Shown here one piece after another: positions 1 to 12,460 of a stretch of 64,000 bases of DNA (positions are counted from its first letter, which is position 1; each line of letters begins with the position of its first letter). Origin of the DNA: Caulobacteraceae bacterium (lineage in GTDB: Bacteria; Pseudomonadota; Alphaproteobacteria; Caulobacterales; Caulobacteraceae); contig JBILKO010000001.1 in the NCBI GenBank assembly GCA_044376615.1, forward strand, positions 6,148-70,147. The letters are read 5' to 3'. A program made the translations under genes and the position numbers. Under the pieces are notes generated by a model, which saw only the letters and a program-made list of their open reading frames with translations, had not been told where the DNA came from and did no database searches.

Positions 1-1
1 C

Positions 2-397
2 TGGAACCCGTCAGAGGTCGATGACATGGCCCTGCCGCCCTGCCATTGCCTGTTCCAGTTTTTTGTCGCCGAGGGCAAGTTGTCGTGTCAGCTCTATCAG
101 CGCTCGGCCGATATGTTTTTGGGCGTACCGTTCAATATTGCCTCTTATGCCCTGTTGACCCTAATGGTTGCCCAGGCCACGGGGCTGAAGCCCGGCGAAT
201 TTGTCCATACACTGGGCGATGCCCATCTTTATAAGAACCACATGGATCAGGCGAAGCTGCAACTGACCCGACAGCCCTTGCCCTTCCCAAGCCTGACCCT
301 GGCCCCCAAGACCGATCTGTTTGGGTTTGAGTATGCTGATTTCAAGCTGGAAAACTATCAGGCCCATCCGGGCATTGCCGCCCCGATCGCGGTCTAG
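2..397 (+). CDS. thyA: Thymidylate synthase, C-terminal fragment (gene begins upstream of window)
   Basis: Conserved ThyA core '[37 protein letters not shown]' and C-terminal 'IAAPIAV'. It is followed directly by folA. Confidence 0.95.
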   Translation, partial: WNPSEVDDMALPPCHCLFQFFVAEGKLSCQLYQRSADMFLGVPFNIASYALLTLMVAQATGLKPGEFVHTLGDAHLYKNHMDQAKLQLTRQPLPFPSLTLAPKTDLFGFEYADFKLENYQAHPGIAAPIAV

Positions 398-443
398 GCA
401 CGCCTAGGCTTTCGCTTTAGCCCGCAAACGCCTAAACCAGCTT

Positions 444-959
444 ATGGCCCAGATTCCGCTCGCTCTTGTTGTCGCCCGCGCTCGAAACAATGTCATTGGC
501 GCCAAGGGCGGCATTCCCTGGCGGCTCAAGACCGATCTGGTCAATTTTAAAGCCATAACCTTGTTCAAGCCGGTGATTATGGGCCGTGCCACCTGGGACT
601 CGCTGCCGTTCAAGCCGCTGCCGGGGCGTTTGAACATTGTCCTGTCGCGCGATGGCTCGTTCGAACCCAAGGGGGCCTTGCCAAGCGAGCGGTTGGAAGA
701 GGCGGTGTCGATCGCGCGCGAACATGCCGAGGAAGACGGGGCAACCGAGGTCTGCGTCATTGGCGGTGCCCAGATCTATGAAGCCATGCTGCCGAGGGCC
801 AAGCGCCTCTATATTACCGAGGTCGAGGCGGAGGTTGAGGGCGACACTCTTTTTCCCGCCTTTGACCCGGCTGAATGGCGAGAGGTCAGCCGCCAGGACC
901 ATCCGGCCGGGCCAGATGATGACCATGCTTTCAGCTTTCGGGTGCTTGAACGGCTCTGA
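444..959 (+). CDS. folA: Dihydrofolate reductase
   Basis: 171 aa with the DHFR signature 'NNVIGAKGGIPWRLKTDL..F..T....VIMGRATWDSLP...LPGRLNIVLSR'. It is adjacent to thyA. Confidence 0.93.
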   Translation: MAQIPLALVVARARNNVIGAKGGIPWRLKTDLVNFKAITLFKPVIMGRATWDSLPFKPLPGRLNIVLSRDGSFEPKGALPSERLEEAVSIAREHAEEDGATEVCVIGGAQIYEAMLPRAKRLYITEVEAEVEGDTLFPAFDPAEWREVSRQDHPAGPDDDHAFSFRVLERL

Positions 960-1058
960 CACACCCATGCCGCCAAACGGGCATGACAAGGCAAATTTCC
1001 TGGCCTAGGGTTTGGTGAACGCCGCTCAGTTAAAAGAAGCGGCCGCGGAGGACGACCC

Positions 1059-1970
1059 ATGGATATTCAACTCATCGCCGAAAACCTGCAATTTCCTGAA
1101 GGCCCGATCGCCATGAAGGATGGCTCGGTGGTCCTGACCGAGATTAAGCGCGGGACGATAACAAGGGTTGCAGCCGACGGGACGGTCAGCCTGGTCGCCG
1201 ATGTCGGCGGCGGTCCCAATGGCGCCGCGATCGGTCCGGACGGGGCCATCTATATCACCAATAATGGCGGCAGTTTTGAATGGCTCGATACCATGGGCCT
1301 GACCGTCCCTGGTCCAACCCCTGCCAGCCATAAGGGCGGCTATATTCAGCGCCTTGACCTCAAGACTGGCGAGGTTCGCGTTCTCTATAGCGAGTGCGAC
1401 GGCAAAAAGCTGGTTGGCCCCAATGACCTGGTGTTCGACAAACAGGGCGGATTCTGGTTCACCGACCATGGCTGCTCAACGCCGGAAGGGCGCAAGTTCG
1501 GGGCCATCTATTATGCCCAGCCCGATGGCTCGAGCATTAAGCGCGTCCAGGACCATTTTGTGTCGCCCAATGGGGTTGGCCTCTCGCCCGACGAAAAGAC
1601 CGTCTATATGGCCGATACCAATCTTGGCCGGCTCTGGGCCTTTGATCTAAATGCGCCGGGCGTTGCGGTCGAGCCGCCGCCCTTTGAGCCTGCGCGGGTG
1701 GTGCATACCCTGCCCGGCTACCAGCTGCTCGATAGCCTCGCGGTCGAGGCCAGCGGCAAGGTTTGTGTCGCTACCATTATCAATGGCGGCATTACCGTGT
1801 TTGATGAGGACGGCACGACCGAGCATTTCAGCGTCCCCGACCTGATCTGCACCAATATCTGTTTTGGCGGCGCAGACATGCGCGATGCCTGGATCACGGC
1901 CTCGGGTACGGGCAAGCTCTATAAGTGCCGTTGGCCGCGGCCAGGCTTGAAGCTGAACTTTAACGCTTAA
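1059..1970 (+). CDS. SMP-30/gluconolactonase/LRE-family beta-propeller protein
   Basis: 303 aa. N-terminal 'AENLQFPEGP' and repeated GPNG/GPND/SPNG blade motifs are typical of this family. Confidence 0.75.
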   Translation: MDIQLIAENLQFPEGPIAMKDGSVVLTEIKRGTITRVAADGTVSLVADVGGGPNGAAIGPDGAIYITNNGGSFEWLDTMGLTVPGPTPASHKGGYIQRLDLKTGEVRVLYSECDGKKLVGPNDLVFDKQGGFWFTDHGCSTPEGRKFGAIYYAQPDGSSIKRVQDHFVSPNGVGLSPDEKTVYMADTNLGRLWAFDLNAPGVAVEPPPFEPARVVHTLPGYQLLDSLAVEASGKVCVATIINGGITVFDEDGTTEHFSVPDLICTNICFGGADMRDAWITASGTGKLYKCRWPRPGLKLNFNA

Positions 1971-2752
1971 GGCTCCCAGCCCAGATCGGCCTGGCCACGC
2001 AATATGGCCTCGGTCTTGGCGGTGTGCTGTCCAGTGGACCTATCATGCAGCACCAGGGCGGGCAGCAGGACCAAGGGGGCCTTACCGGTCTTGATCGCCT
2101 GCACCAGGACCCGCTTGGCCGGGGTGTCACTAAAGGGCTGGACCGGGCGGATACGGATGCTCCCGGCCTTGGGGGCGAGTAGGCCTAAAATATCGCCCAA
2201 CCGGTCGGCGCGGTGGATTAGGGTGAGGGTGCCGCCCTCGCGCACGCTCTTGAGCAAAAAGCCGGTCCAGGCCTCTAATCCATCATCGGCCATATAGGCG
2301 CCCAGGCGACTGGCATCTGGGCTGCGCAAGGTGCCAGGATCATCGAAAAACGGCGGATTACAGAGGGCCGCATCGAACGGCTCTAGGTCCAGCGCCTTGA
2401 GGCTGGTCGGCAGGGCGGCATTGATGATCTGGACCCGGTCTTGCAGGGCATTGAGGGCAATATTGGTCTGGCCAAGGTCGGCAGCGACCCGGTCGCGCTC
2501 AATCCCGACAAATTGGTTATGGGGCCTGCGAAACGCCGCCGCAAGCAAGGCCCCGCCCACGCCGCAGCCTGCCTCGATCACCCGCGCTTGCGGCCCTGAG
2601 TCGCAGGCGGCGGCCAAGAGGGCCGCATCAAGGCCTGCCCGGTAACCGACCTTGGGTTGGCGCAGCACGACTTTTCCGCCAAGCACAGTGTCCTGAGACC
2701 AGTTTGGCCCTATATCTTCGGTTGAGCCTGGGTTCAGATCAGATTGGGGCAT
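1967..2752 (-). CDS. Class I SAM-dependent methyltransferase with N6-adenine-type NPPF motif (TrmN6/YfiC-like)
   Basis: SAM-binding 'VIEAGCGVGGA' and catalytic 'CNPPFF'. The track ORF extends to 2917. The ATG at 2752 (MPQSDL...) removes an Arg/Cys-rich unconserved extension. Confidence 0.75.
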   Translation of the reverse strand: MPQSDLNPGSTEDIGPNWSQDTVLGGKVVLRQPKVGYRAGLDAALLAAACDSGPQARVIEAGCGVGGALLAAAFRRPHNQFVGIERDRVAADLGQTNIALNALQDRVQIINAALPTSLKALDLEPFDAALCNPPFFDDPGTLRSPDASRLGAYMADDGLEAWTGFLLKSVREGGTLTLIHRADRLGDILGLLAPKAGSIRIRPVQPFSDTPAKRVLVQAIKTGKAPLVLLPALVLHDRSTGQHTAKTEAILRGQADLGWEP

Positions 2753-2895
2753 GGCCTGGCCATTTCTAGACTTGTATGGATACAGTCCCTGACCTATCCC
2801 GCAAGCCTTGTCCATCGCAACGGGTCTTGGCATATAGGCCCTGTGCTTTGTGATCCCTTGAGTTGATTTGCCGCCGCGCAAGCAGGAGCTTGATT

Positions 2896-3912
2896 TTGGA
2901 CGTTGCCAACGTCGCATCCCGACCGATCGGCTCCGTCGACCGCCTTGTGCGGATGGCGGCGCAGGATATGGCGGGTATTGACCGGCTGATCACCCAGCGG
3001 ATGGATAGTCCCGTTCCGGTGATCCCGGCCTTGGCCGAGCATCTGATATCAGCCGGCGGTAAGCGTTTGCGGCCACTTTTGACCGTGGCGGCGGCCAGGC
3101 TTTGCCATGGGACCGGCCCGGCGCCCGATGGTTATTTAAAGCTCGCCGCAGCGGTTGAATTTATTCATACCGCCACCTTGCTGCACGATGATGTGGTCGA
3201 TGGCAGCACGCTGCGCCGGGGCAAGATGGCCGCGCACCTGATCTGGGGCGGGTCTTCCAGCGTCCTGGTCGGCGATTTTCTGTTTGCGCGGGCCTTCGAG
3301 CTCATGGTTGAGACCGGCTCGCTCCGGGCCCTGAACATCCTGGCGCATGCCTCAAGCGTGATTGCTGAGGGCGAAGTCTTACAACTGACCCGCTCGCATG
3401 ACCTGACCCTGGATCAGGTCACTTATCTTGAAATCATTCAGTCTAAGACCGCCGAGCTGTTTGCGGCCGCGGCAGAGGCGGGCGCGGTGGTTGTAGGCGC
3501 GAGCGAGGGAAAGGTTCAGGCCCTACGCGGCTTTGGCCTCAATCTCGGCCTGGCGTTCCAGTTGGCTGATGATGTGCTCGATTATGGTGGCCTGGCATCG
3601 GACCTAGGCAAGAATGCCGGCGATGACTTCCGCGAAGGCAAGGTCACCTTGCCGCTCTTGCTGGCTATGGCCCGCAGCGGTAGCGACGAGGCCAGATTTT
3701 GGCAGCGGACCGTTGGCGACCTGGACCAGACTGAAGCGGATTTTGTCCGGGCGCGGAGCCTGATGGTCGAAACGGGCGCCCTGGAATCCTGCCTAGATCT
3801 GGCCATGGATTATGCTGTCCAGGCTAAGGCGGCCCTGTCAGGGTTTGACAATTCCGATTGGCGCCAATCGCTAGAGGCCTTAGCCGATTTCGCGGTCAGT
3901 CGTCTGGCTTGA
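2896..3912 (+). CDS. ispB: Polyprenyl (octaprenyl-type) diphosphate synthase
   Basis: Two Asp-rich motifs, 'LLHDDVVDGSTLRRG' and 'FQLADDVLDY'. The start is uncertain: the TTG at 2896 sits 7 nt after an AGGAG, while the track ORF starts at TTG 2863. Confidence 0.88.
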   Translation: MDVANVASRPIGSVDRLVRMAAQDMAGIDRLITQRMDSPVPVIPALAEHLISAGGKRLRPLLTVAAARLCHGTGPAPDGYLKLAAAVEFIHTATLLHDDVVDGSTLRRGKMAAHLIWGGSSSVLVGDFLFARAFELMVETGSLRALNILAHASSVIAEGEVLQLTRSHDLTLDQVTYLEIIQSKTAELFAAAAEAGAVVVGASEGKVQALRGFGLNLGLAFQLADDVLDYGGLASDLGKNAGDDFREGKVTLPLLLAMARSGSDEARFWQRTVGDLDQTEADFVRARSLMVETGALESCLDLAMDYAVQAKAALSGFDNSDWRQSLEALADFAVSRLA

Positions 3913-4914
3913 GGCCAGCTTTCGGTCGAGCGCGGTCCATAGGCCGATCGCCGATATGAGGCCCAGGCCAAACAACCCTGCCTGCCATCCCGTGGGCGCG
4001 CGTTCCGCTAAGCAGCCCGCGACTGTATAGGCCAGCATGATCGCCCAGAACCTTAGGGCCAGGCCGCCATGGCTTGGTTGAGCCGCCAGATAGCGCTGAA
4101 AAACATGGTCCCTATGCGCTTCCCACAGGACCTTGCCTGCACGTTGGCGCTTAAGTAGCGTCAAAAGCACATCGGTCAGCATCGGCAAACAGGCCATGAC
4201 GATCGGATAGGGCGACAGGCTTGGGATAGCGGGCTCTGTGCTGGCTAGGACCGCAAGGCCAGCGACCATAAATCCGGAAAACAGGGCACCGGCATCGCCT
4301 TGAAACACCCGGCCCAAGGGCAGGTTCCAGGGCAGGAAGCCAAGGCCCGCCATGGCACACGTCAAGGCGGCTAGGGCGAGCCCCGGCTGACCATGGCCAA
4401 GACTAAGGGCAGCCTGGCCGAGCAGGACAATGATTGCCGCGCCTGGCGACAGGCCATTGGCCCCGTCCATGAAATTGAAGGCATTGACCACGACCACGAT
4501 CCACAGCGCCGTGCCAAGGACCCCGATGATCGGACCAAGATTTAGGGAAAGGCCCGGCGCTACAGGCAAGCTGTCTACATGCGCGCCGAACAGGGCAAAG
4601 GCGAGGGCAAACAGGACCTGGACCCCAAGCTTGATCTTGGGGCCAAGATCGATCGCGTCATCCAAGGCACCAAACAGGCCAATGCCGACGGCTAGGGCTA
4701 AAAGCACGACCAGACCGGGCATGAACTGGCCCAGCATGACCACACCCAGACAGGTCCCCACTATGATGCCAAGCCCGGCTGCGGTTGGGGTTGGGGTCTC
4801 GTGATTGCGCCTTTGGTCAGGATGATCGACCGGGCCCCAGACAGCCACGAGCGCGGCGACCACACTGCTGGCCACCGCCGCTGTTATCAGGGCGGGCAGA
4901 ACCTCGATCAGCAC
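3880..4914 (-). CDS. Glycosyltransferase family 4 (MraY/WecA-type polyprenyl-phosphate HexNAc-1-phosphate transferase)
   Basis: 344 aa polytopic membrane protein with 'NAFNFMDGANGL' and 'GDAGALFSGF' motifs characteristic of the MraY/WecA family. Confidence 0.8.
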   Translation of the reverse strand: MLIEVLPALITAAVASSVVAALVAVWGPVDHPDQRRNHETPTPTAAGLGIIVGTCLGVVMLGQFMPGLVVLLALAVGIGLFGALDDAIDLGPKIKLGVQVLFALAFALFGAHVDSLPVAPGLSLNLGPIIGVLGTALWIVVVVNAFNFMDGANGLSPGAAIIVLLGQAALSLGHGQPGLALAALTCAMAGLGFLPWNLPLGRVFQGDAGALFSGFMVAGLAVLASTEPAIPSLSPYPIVMACLPMLTDVLLTLLKRQRAGKVLWEAHRDHVFQRYLAAQPSHGGLALRFWAIMLAYTVAGCLAERAPTGWQAGLFGLGLISAIGLWTALDRKLASSQTTDREIG

Positions 4915-4920
4915 GCGGCT

Positions 4921-6234
<1,314 letters not shown>

Positions 6235-6247
6235 CTATAGGAGAGGC

Positions 6248-6988
6248 ATGAGGTCCCTGGTCCGATTCCTGATGAATATGGATGCCCGCGCCTGGCGCGG
6301 CGCGGCCGTGTCCTTCCTATTGCTCGGTGGGGTCGGGATTGTCTTCCTGTTCGGGGCCCAGGTGCTGGGTTTCAATGGCGAGGCGGCGGTTGAGCAGTGG
6401 CTGGGCATGGCCGCGCGAGGTCCCTTGGCCCTGCCGGTTGCGGTGACGGCTTTTGCGGTCTTGGCCTTTTTGGGCGTGCCGCAATTTGTCTTGATCGCCG
6501 CCGCCGTCGTGGCCTTTGGCCCTTGGCTGGGGCTTGTCTATAGCTGGATCGGGACCATGGTTTCGGCCATGGTTGGCTTTGGACTGGGGCGCAAGATTGG
6601 TGGTCGCGCCATTGCCTCGCTTGGCGGCATTGGCGGCGGCGAGGGCATAGCCAGCTTTATGGCCCTGGTCGGCCGCAACGGTTTTATGGCCAGCCTGATT
6701 GTCCGCCTGGTGCCCTCGGCACCATTCATTGTCGTCAACATGGCCGCAGGCGTAACGCCGATGCGGTTTCGAGATTTTGTGGCGGGCACGGCGCTGGGCA
6801 TTATTCCAAAGATTGCCCTGACAGCCTTTGCCGGCAATTCCATCGTACAAGCCATGAAGGGCGGCGGCGGTCAGTCCTTGATTCTGCTGGCCTTGGCCGC
6901 CGTCATCTGGCTCGCCACCGGTCTAATAGCCCGCCGCTGGATGAAGGCCAAGGAGGCGAGCCATGATGGTGAAAGCCCGCCGAACTGA
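6248..6988 (+). CDS. TVP38/TMEM64 (DedA-related, SNARE-associated) membrane protein
   Basis: Multi-TM protein with 'FLGVPQFVLIAAAVVAFG' and 'RLVPSAPFIVVNMAAGVT' typical of the family. The ATG at 6248 is preceded by AGGAGAGG. The track ORF starts at TTG 6218. Confidence 0.7.
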   Translation: MRSLVRFLMNMDARAWRGAAVSFLLLGGVGIVFLFGAQVLGFNGEAAVEQWLGMAARGPLALPVAVTAFAVLAFLGVPQFVLIAAAVVAFGPWLGLVYSWIGTMVSAMVGFGLGRKIGGRAIASLGGIGGGEGIASFMALVGRNGFMASLIVRLVPSAPFIVVNMAAGVTPMRFRDFVAGTALGIIPKIALTAFAGNSIVQAMKGGGGQSLILLALAAVIWLATGLIARRWMKAKEASHDGESPPN

Positions 6989-7245
6989 AATAATTTTGCT
7001 GTTGGGCGCTTTTTTGCCGGGTTTAACGCAATAGGCTTGCCGTAATCGCGTTTCACCGCTACACACTTCGCATGTTCATTTGTCTTACCAGGACTGATCG
7101 CGCCGCCCTATTGGGGCTTGGCGGGCTTATGGGGCTTAGTCGCCCCTGGGCGTCCTAGGGCCTGCGCGCAAGATCGCAGCCGGACGTTCAGGGGATTTTT
7201 AGAACCAACCCCTAACGTCTCAATCTTATCTTAAGAGCTTTTCCC

Positions 7246-8832
7246 ATGACCGCCTCAATCACCAATCCCGCAGCCCCGATCATCGGCGCGCGCGAAAACG
7301 TCATTATCTTCGACACCACCATGCGCGATGGGGAGCAGTCCCCTGGCGCCTCCATGAGCCTGGACGAGAAGCTGGAACTCGCCAAAATCCTGGAAGACAT
7401 GGGCGTTGACGTCATTGAGGCGGGCTTTCCCATTGCCTCCAATGGCGACTTCGAAGCCGTCCGCGAGATCGCCAAGATCGTCAAGAACAGCACGATTGCT
7501 GGCCTGTGCCGCGCCCATCCGATGGATATTGACCGATGCGCCGAGGCCCTAAAGCCCGCTGCCCGTGGCCGTATCCATGTCGTGATCGCCACCAGCGACC
7601 TGCATATGAAGCACAAGCTGCAGATGGAACCGGAGCAGGTGCTGGAAGCGATTAGCCGCACCGTCACCCATGCCCGCAATCTGCGTGATGATGTCGAATG
7701 GTCGGCCGAGGACGCGACCCGCAGCGACCGCCAGTTCCTGCGCCGTGCGGTTGAGGCCGCGATCAAGGCTGGAGCCACCACGATCAATCTGCCCGATACG
7801 GTCGGCTATACCTATCCATCTGAATATGCCGACCTGTTCAGCTGGATGACCCAAAATGTTGAGGGTGCCGACCGGGTCGTCTTCTCAACCCATTGCCATA
7901 ATGATCTGGGCCTGGCCGTGGCCAATAGTCTGGCGGGCGTCCAGGGCGGCGCAAGGCAGGTAGAATGCGCGATCAACGGTCTGGGTGAGCGGGCGGGTAA
8001 TGCGGCCCTAGAAGAAATCGTTATGGCGCTGAAGGTGCGGGCTGATCGCCTGCCCTATCATACGGGTATCGATACCACCCATATTACCCGCGCCAGCCGC
8101 TATGTCTCGGCGATTACCGGGTTTGCGGTCCAGTACAATAAGGCCATCGTCGGCAAGAATGCCTTTGCGCATGAAAGCGGCATTCACCAGGACGGCATGC
8201 TGAAGAACCGCGAAACCTATGAAATCATGACCCCGGAATCGGTGGGCCAAGCCCCGTCTAGCCTTGTTATGGGCAAGCATTCCGGCAGCCATGCCTTTAA
8301 GGCCAAGCTGAAGGATCTGGGCTATGAGCTGGGTCAGAATGCGCTGAAAGAGGCCTTTGTCCGGTTCAAGGACCTGGCTGACCGCAAAAAACATGTCTAT
8401 GACGACGATATTATCGCTCTGGTCGATGACGCCTTGGCGCGCGGCGGAGAGCGTATCCGCGTGACGCATCTGCGGGTCATGGCCGGGACGGAGGGCCAGT
8501 CGGCTGAACTTACCCTGGATGTCGAGGGCACCGAACATAGCGCCACCGCGACGGGCGACGGCCCTGTCGATGCCGTCTTCAACGCAATTCACATGATCGT
8601 GCCGCATGAGGCTGTGCTGCGCTTGTTCCAGGTGCATGCCGTGACCGAAGGCACCGACGCCCAGGCCCAGGTCTCGGTGCGGCTAGAAGACGATGGCCGC
8701 ATTGCCACCGGTCAGGCGGCGGATACCGACACCCTGACCGCCTCGGCCAAGGCCTATGTCAATGCCTTGAACAATCTCATGGCCCGCAAGCAAAAGTCGG
8801 CGCCCGAGCCCATGAGCGCGGTCGGTAGCTAG
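7246..8832 (+). CDS. leuA: 2-isopropylmalate synthase
   Basis: 528 aa. Motifs 'IFDTTMRDGEQSPG' and 'HCHNDLGLAVANSLA', plus a C-terminal LeuA allosteric domain. Confidence 0.95.
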   Translation: MTASITNPAAPIIGARENVIIFDTTMRDGEQSPGASMSLDEKLELAKILEDMGVDVIEAGFPIASNGDFEAVREIAKIVKNSTIAGLCRAHPMDIDRCAEALKPAARGRIHVVIATSDLHMKHKLQMEPEQVLEAISRTVTHARNLRDDVEWSAEDATRSDRQFLRRAVEAAIKAGATTINLPDTVGYTYPSEYADLFSWMTQNVEGADRVVFSTHCHNDLGLAVANSLAGVQGGARQVECAINGLGERAGNAALEEIVMALKVRADRLPYHTGIDTTHITRASRYVSAITGFAVQYNKAIVGKNAFAHESGIHQDGMLKNRETYEIMTPESVGQAPSSLVMGKHSGSHAFKAKLKDLGYELGQNALKEAFVRFKDLADRKKHVYDDDIIALVDDALARGGERIRVTHLRVMAGTEGQSAELTLDVEGTEHSATATGDGPVDAVFNAIHMIVPHEAVLRLFQVHAVTEGTDAQAQVSVRLEDDGRIATGQAADTDTLTASAKAYVNALNNLMARKQKSAPEPMSAVGS

Positions 8833-8840
8833 GCCCTAAG

Positions 8841-8882
8841 CGCCCCGTTTGTAAAACGGGCGGGGCGTTCGTTTCCCTTTTT
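8841..8882 (+). terminator. Probable rho-independent terminator of leuA
   Basis: GC hairpin CGCCCCGTTT-GTA-AAACGGGCGGGGCG followed by the T-rich TTCGTTTCCCTTTTT. Confidence 0.55.
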
Positions 8883-8903
8883 GTCAGATTGGTCGGGTTC
8901 CGT

Positions 8904-9785
8904 ATGATCTGGATACCCATAACGATTGGCGCGACCGCGCTTCAAGTGGCGCGCAATGCGGTACAGCGCAGTCTGCTGGGCGTTGCTGGCCCATGGGGCG
9001 CGACCCTGGTCCGGTTCCTGTTTGGCCTACCCTTTACATTGGTCTTTGTCGGCGTGGCAAAGCTGGTTTGGCCGCAGGCGCAGGGTCATTTTGGCCTCTA
9101 TTATCTCGCCGCCTGCGCGATTGGGGCCACAGCCCAGATGACCGCGACGGCGGCCCTCTTGGTGTCAATGCAGAAATCGAGCTTTGCCATTGGCACCGCC
9201 TTTCAACAAAGCTCGTTGCTCTTTACCGCCCTGGTGGGTGCCTTGATCTTTCATGACCATATGAGCGCCGCGGCCTGGGGCGGCGTCCTGGTCGCCACCG
9301 CAGGCCTGACCTATCTGTCCTGGCCAAAACAGATGGAAGGCATACGCGACTGGAGCCCGGCGGTCTTGGGCCTTTTGTCCGGCGCCATATTTGCGGTTTC
9401 AGCCAACGCCTTTCGCCAGGCTGGCCTTGCTTTTGATCCTAAACACGTCGTGGTCTCGGCCCTGGTGACATTGGTCGTGGTTCAGGCCATGCAATCGGTG
9501 GCTCTGACCCTTATTCTGGCGGTGGTTGATCGCGGTGCCCTGCGCGGCGTCATTCGAGCCTGGCGTTCGTCCTTGGGGGCAGGGTTTTTTGGCGCTGGGG
9601 CCTCCGCCCTTTGGTTCACTGCCCTAACCATGAGCCCAGCTGCCCCCGTCCGCGCCGTTGGGGTCGTAGAAATGCCCATGGCAGCCCTGGTTGGCCGGCG
9701 CTTGTTTAAGGAGCGACTAAGCCTGGCCCAGATCCTCGCTGGAACCGTAACGGCGATCGGGGTGATTTTGGCGGCGGTCGGCTAG
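8904..9785 (+). CDS. EamA/DMT-family transporter
   Basis: About 10 TM segments and the two-halves architecture typical of EamA proteins. The start may be TTG 8889 instead. Confidence 0.65.
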   Translation: MIWIPITIGATALQVARNAVQRSLLGVAGPWGATLVRFLFGLPFTLVFVGVAKLVWPQAQGHFGLYYLAACAIGATAQMTATAALLVSMQKSSFAIGTAFQQSSLLFTALVGALIFHDHMSAAAWGGVLVATAGLTYLSWPKQMEGIRDWSPAVLGLLSGAIFAVSANAFRQAGLAFDPKHVVVSALVTLVVVQAMQSVALTLILAVVDRGALRGVIRAWRSSLGAGFFGAGASALWFTALTMSPAAPVRAVGVVEMPMAALVGRRLFKERLSLAQILAGTVTAIGVILAAVG

Positions 9786-9844
9786 GGCCGTTCATCTTGG
9801 GCGATTAAGGGCTCTGATGGACTAAACCAGTTGAAAAGCCTTGA

Positions 9845-10957
<1,113 letters not shown>

Positions 10958-10982
10958 TTCGGACGGGCGAGGGAGCTAGCGC

Positions 10983-11948
10983 ATGTCCTTGCGGGAGGGG
11001 CCATTACAGGACCTGAAGGTTCCCTTGACCCTGGCCGCAAGTCTTGCTGCGGTCGTTGCGGTCGTCGCGGCCTTAGCCCTCCTGATTAGCAGCCGAAGGG
11101 ACCCGATCCAGGATCAGGCCTATAGTGCTGGCCGTGCAATTGCTGATCGCGTGATTGCGCCAACCGCCGATGTTTTGTCGACCCCGGGACAATGGATTGC
11201 TGCCGCAAATACCGAAATTGGTAATTATCTGTTTGCGGTGAATGAAAATCAAAAACTCAAGGCTGAGATTGCTGAGCTTCGCCAATGGCGCAATGCGGCC
11301 ATCGCTTTGGAAGATATAAATGGGCGATACCGCGACCTATTAGTGCTCAAGCTTGACCCTCCAATTCCCATGGTCACCGCCCGTGTGGTCCTAGACGCGC
11401 GTAGCCCATTTGCCAATACGCGGCTTGCGAATGTCGGCAAGGAAAAGGGTGTGGCCATCGGCAATCCCGTTATGACCGAGGCCGGCCTTGTTGGCCGAGT
11501 TGTGGGTGTCGGACAAGGCGTTAGCCGTGTCTTGTTGGTGACCGATGTTTCAAGTCATACCCCCGTCTTGATTGACCGAACGAATGCGCGCGCGATCCTG
11601 ACCGGTGACGGCGGCCCTAATCCAACCCTGGAGTATTTGCGCGGCGAAGGCGCGGTTCAAAATGGTGACCGGATTCTGACCTCAGGCGACGGAGGCGTTA
11701 TCCCGCGCGGACTCCCGGTTGGGATAGCGGTAAAGGGCCTAGATGGCCGCTGGCGGGTTCGCTTAGCTGCGGACGACAGCATGATCGATTTTGTTCGGAT
11801 TTTACAGTTCAAGGGCTTTGCCGATTTGGCTAGCCAGCCAGCCCTTTTGCAAGGCAAGATGCCGCCCGTTACCGATCCGAGCACTGGGCCAGTGGCCTTA
11901 CCTGCGCAAGCGCCTTTAGCCGCCCAAACCGGCGGTCGACCTCAATGA
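10983..11948 (+). CDS. mreC: Rod-shape-determining protein MreC
   Basis: N-terminal TM, a coiled-coil 'NQKLKAEIAELRQW' and beta-barrel repeats 'GLVGRVVGV...SRVLLVTD'. Its position after mreB supports the call. Confidence 0.9.
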   Translation: MSLREGPLQDLKVPLTLAASLAAVVAVVAALALLISSRRDPIQDQAYSAGRAIADRVIAPTADVLSTPGQWIAAANTEIGNYLFAVNENQKLKAEIAELRQWRNAAIALEDINGRYRDLLVLKLDPPIPMVTARVVLDARSPFANTRLANVGKEKGVAIGNPVMTEAGLVGRVVGVGQGVSRVLLVTDVSSHTPVLIDRTNARAILTGDGGPNPTLEYLRGEGAVQNGDRILTSGDGGVIPRGLPVGIAVKGLDGRWRVRLAADDSMIDFVRILQFKGFADLASQPALLQGKMPPVTDPSTGPVALPAQAPLAAQTGGRPQ

Positions 11949-12460
11949 GCACCCAGGCATCGCGGCCGATGAATGCCCTGAGTTGGCTAGTATTGCCGGC
12001 CTTGGCCTGTATTGCCGCCAACCTATTGCTTGCCCTCCCATTTCGGCCATTCGGCCTTGCCCTACCAGAACCAATTCTGGCGCTGATCCCAGCCTATGTC
12101 TGGGCAACGGTGCGGCCATCCATCCTCCCACCGATCATTCTGTTGGGGCTTGGCCTTTGCCTCGATATGATTTGGGGTAATGCCCTTGGGCTTTGGCCGC
12201 TTTCGATTTTGGTCGGATATATGGCGGTAATGTCGGTCCGCGGGATAATTAGCGGTCAAGGCCATGAGGCCAACTGGATTGCGTTTGGCCTCATGGGCCT
12301 GCTCGTGGAACTGGTCGCTTATATGGTGACGGTGATTTCCACGCATGTCGCGCCCAACCTCGTTGGCGTGAGCTGGCAGTGGATCGTGACCACCGCGCTT
12401 TACCCGATCGCGCGCCGACTGATCGACCAATTTGAAGAGTCGGATGCGCGGTATCGATGA
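11945..12460 (+). CDS. mreD: Rod-shape-determining protein MreD
   Basis: 171 aa polytopic membrane protein. It overlaps the mreC stop and the mrdA start by 4 nt each (operon position). Confidence 0.85.
   Translation: MSTQASRPMNALSWLVLPALACIAANLLLALPFRPFGLALPEPILALIPAYVWATVRPSILPPIILLGLGLCLDMIWGNALGLWPLSILVGYMAVMSVRGIISGQGHEANWIAFGLMGLLVELVAYMVTVISTHVAPNLVGVSWQWIVTTALYPIARRLIDQFEESDARYR

Noticed and set aside
432-989. 185-aa minus-strand ORF, and the 118-aa ORF at 404..760
   Set aside because: Both are antisense to folA, whose DHFR motifs are unambiguous.
2753-2917. N-terminal extension of the methyltransferase ORF
   Set aside because: The segment is Arg/Cys/Lys-rich and not typical of the family. 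It would also consume the divergent ispB promoter region. The internal ATG at 2752 was preferred.
7212-7787. 191-aa minus-strand ORF
   Set aside because: Antisense to the 5' part of leuA, with a Ser/Arg-rich shadow translation.
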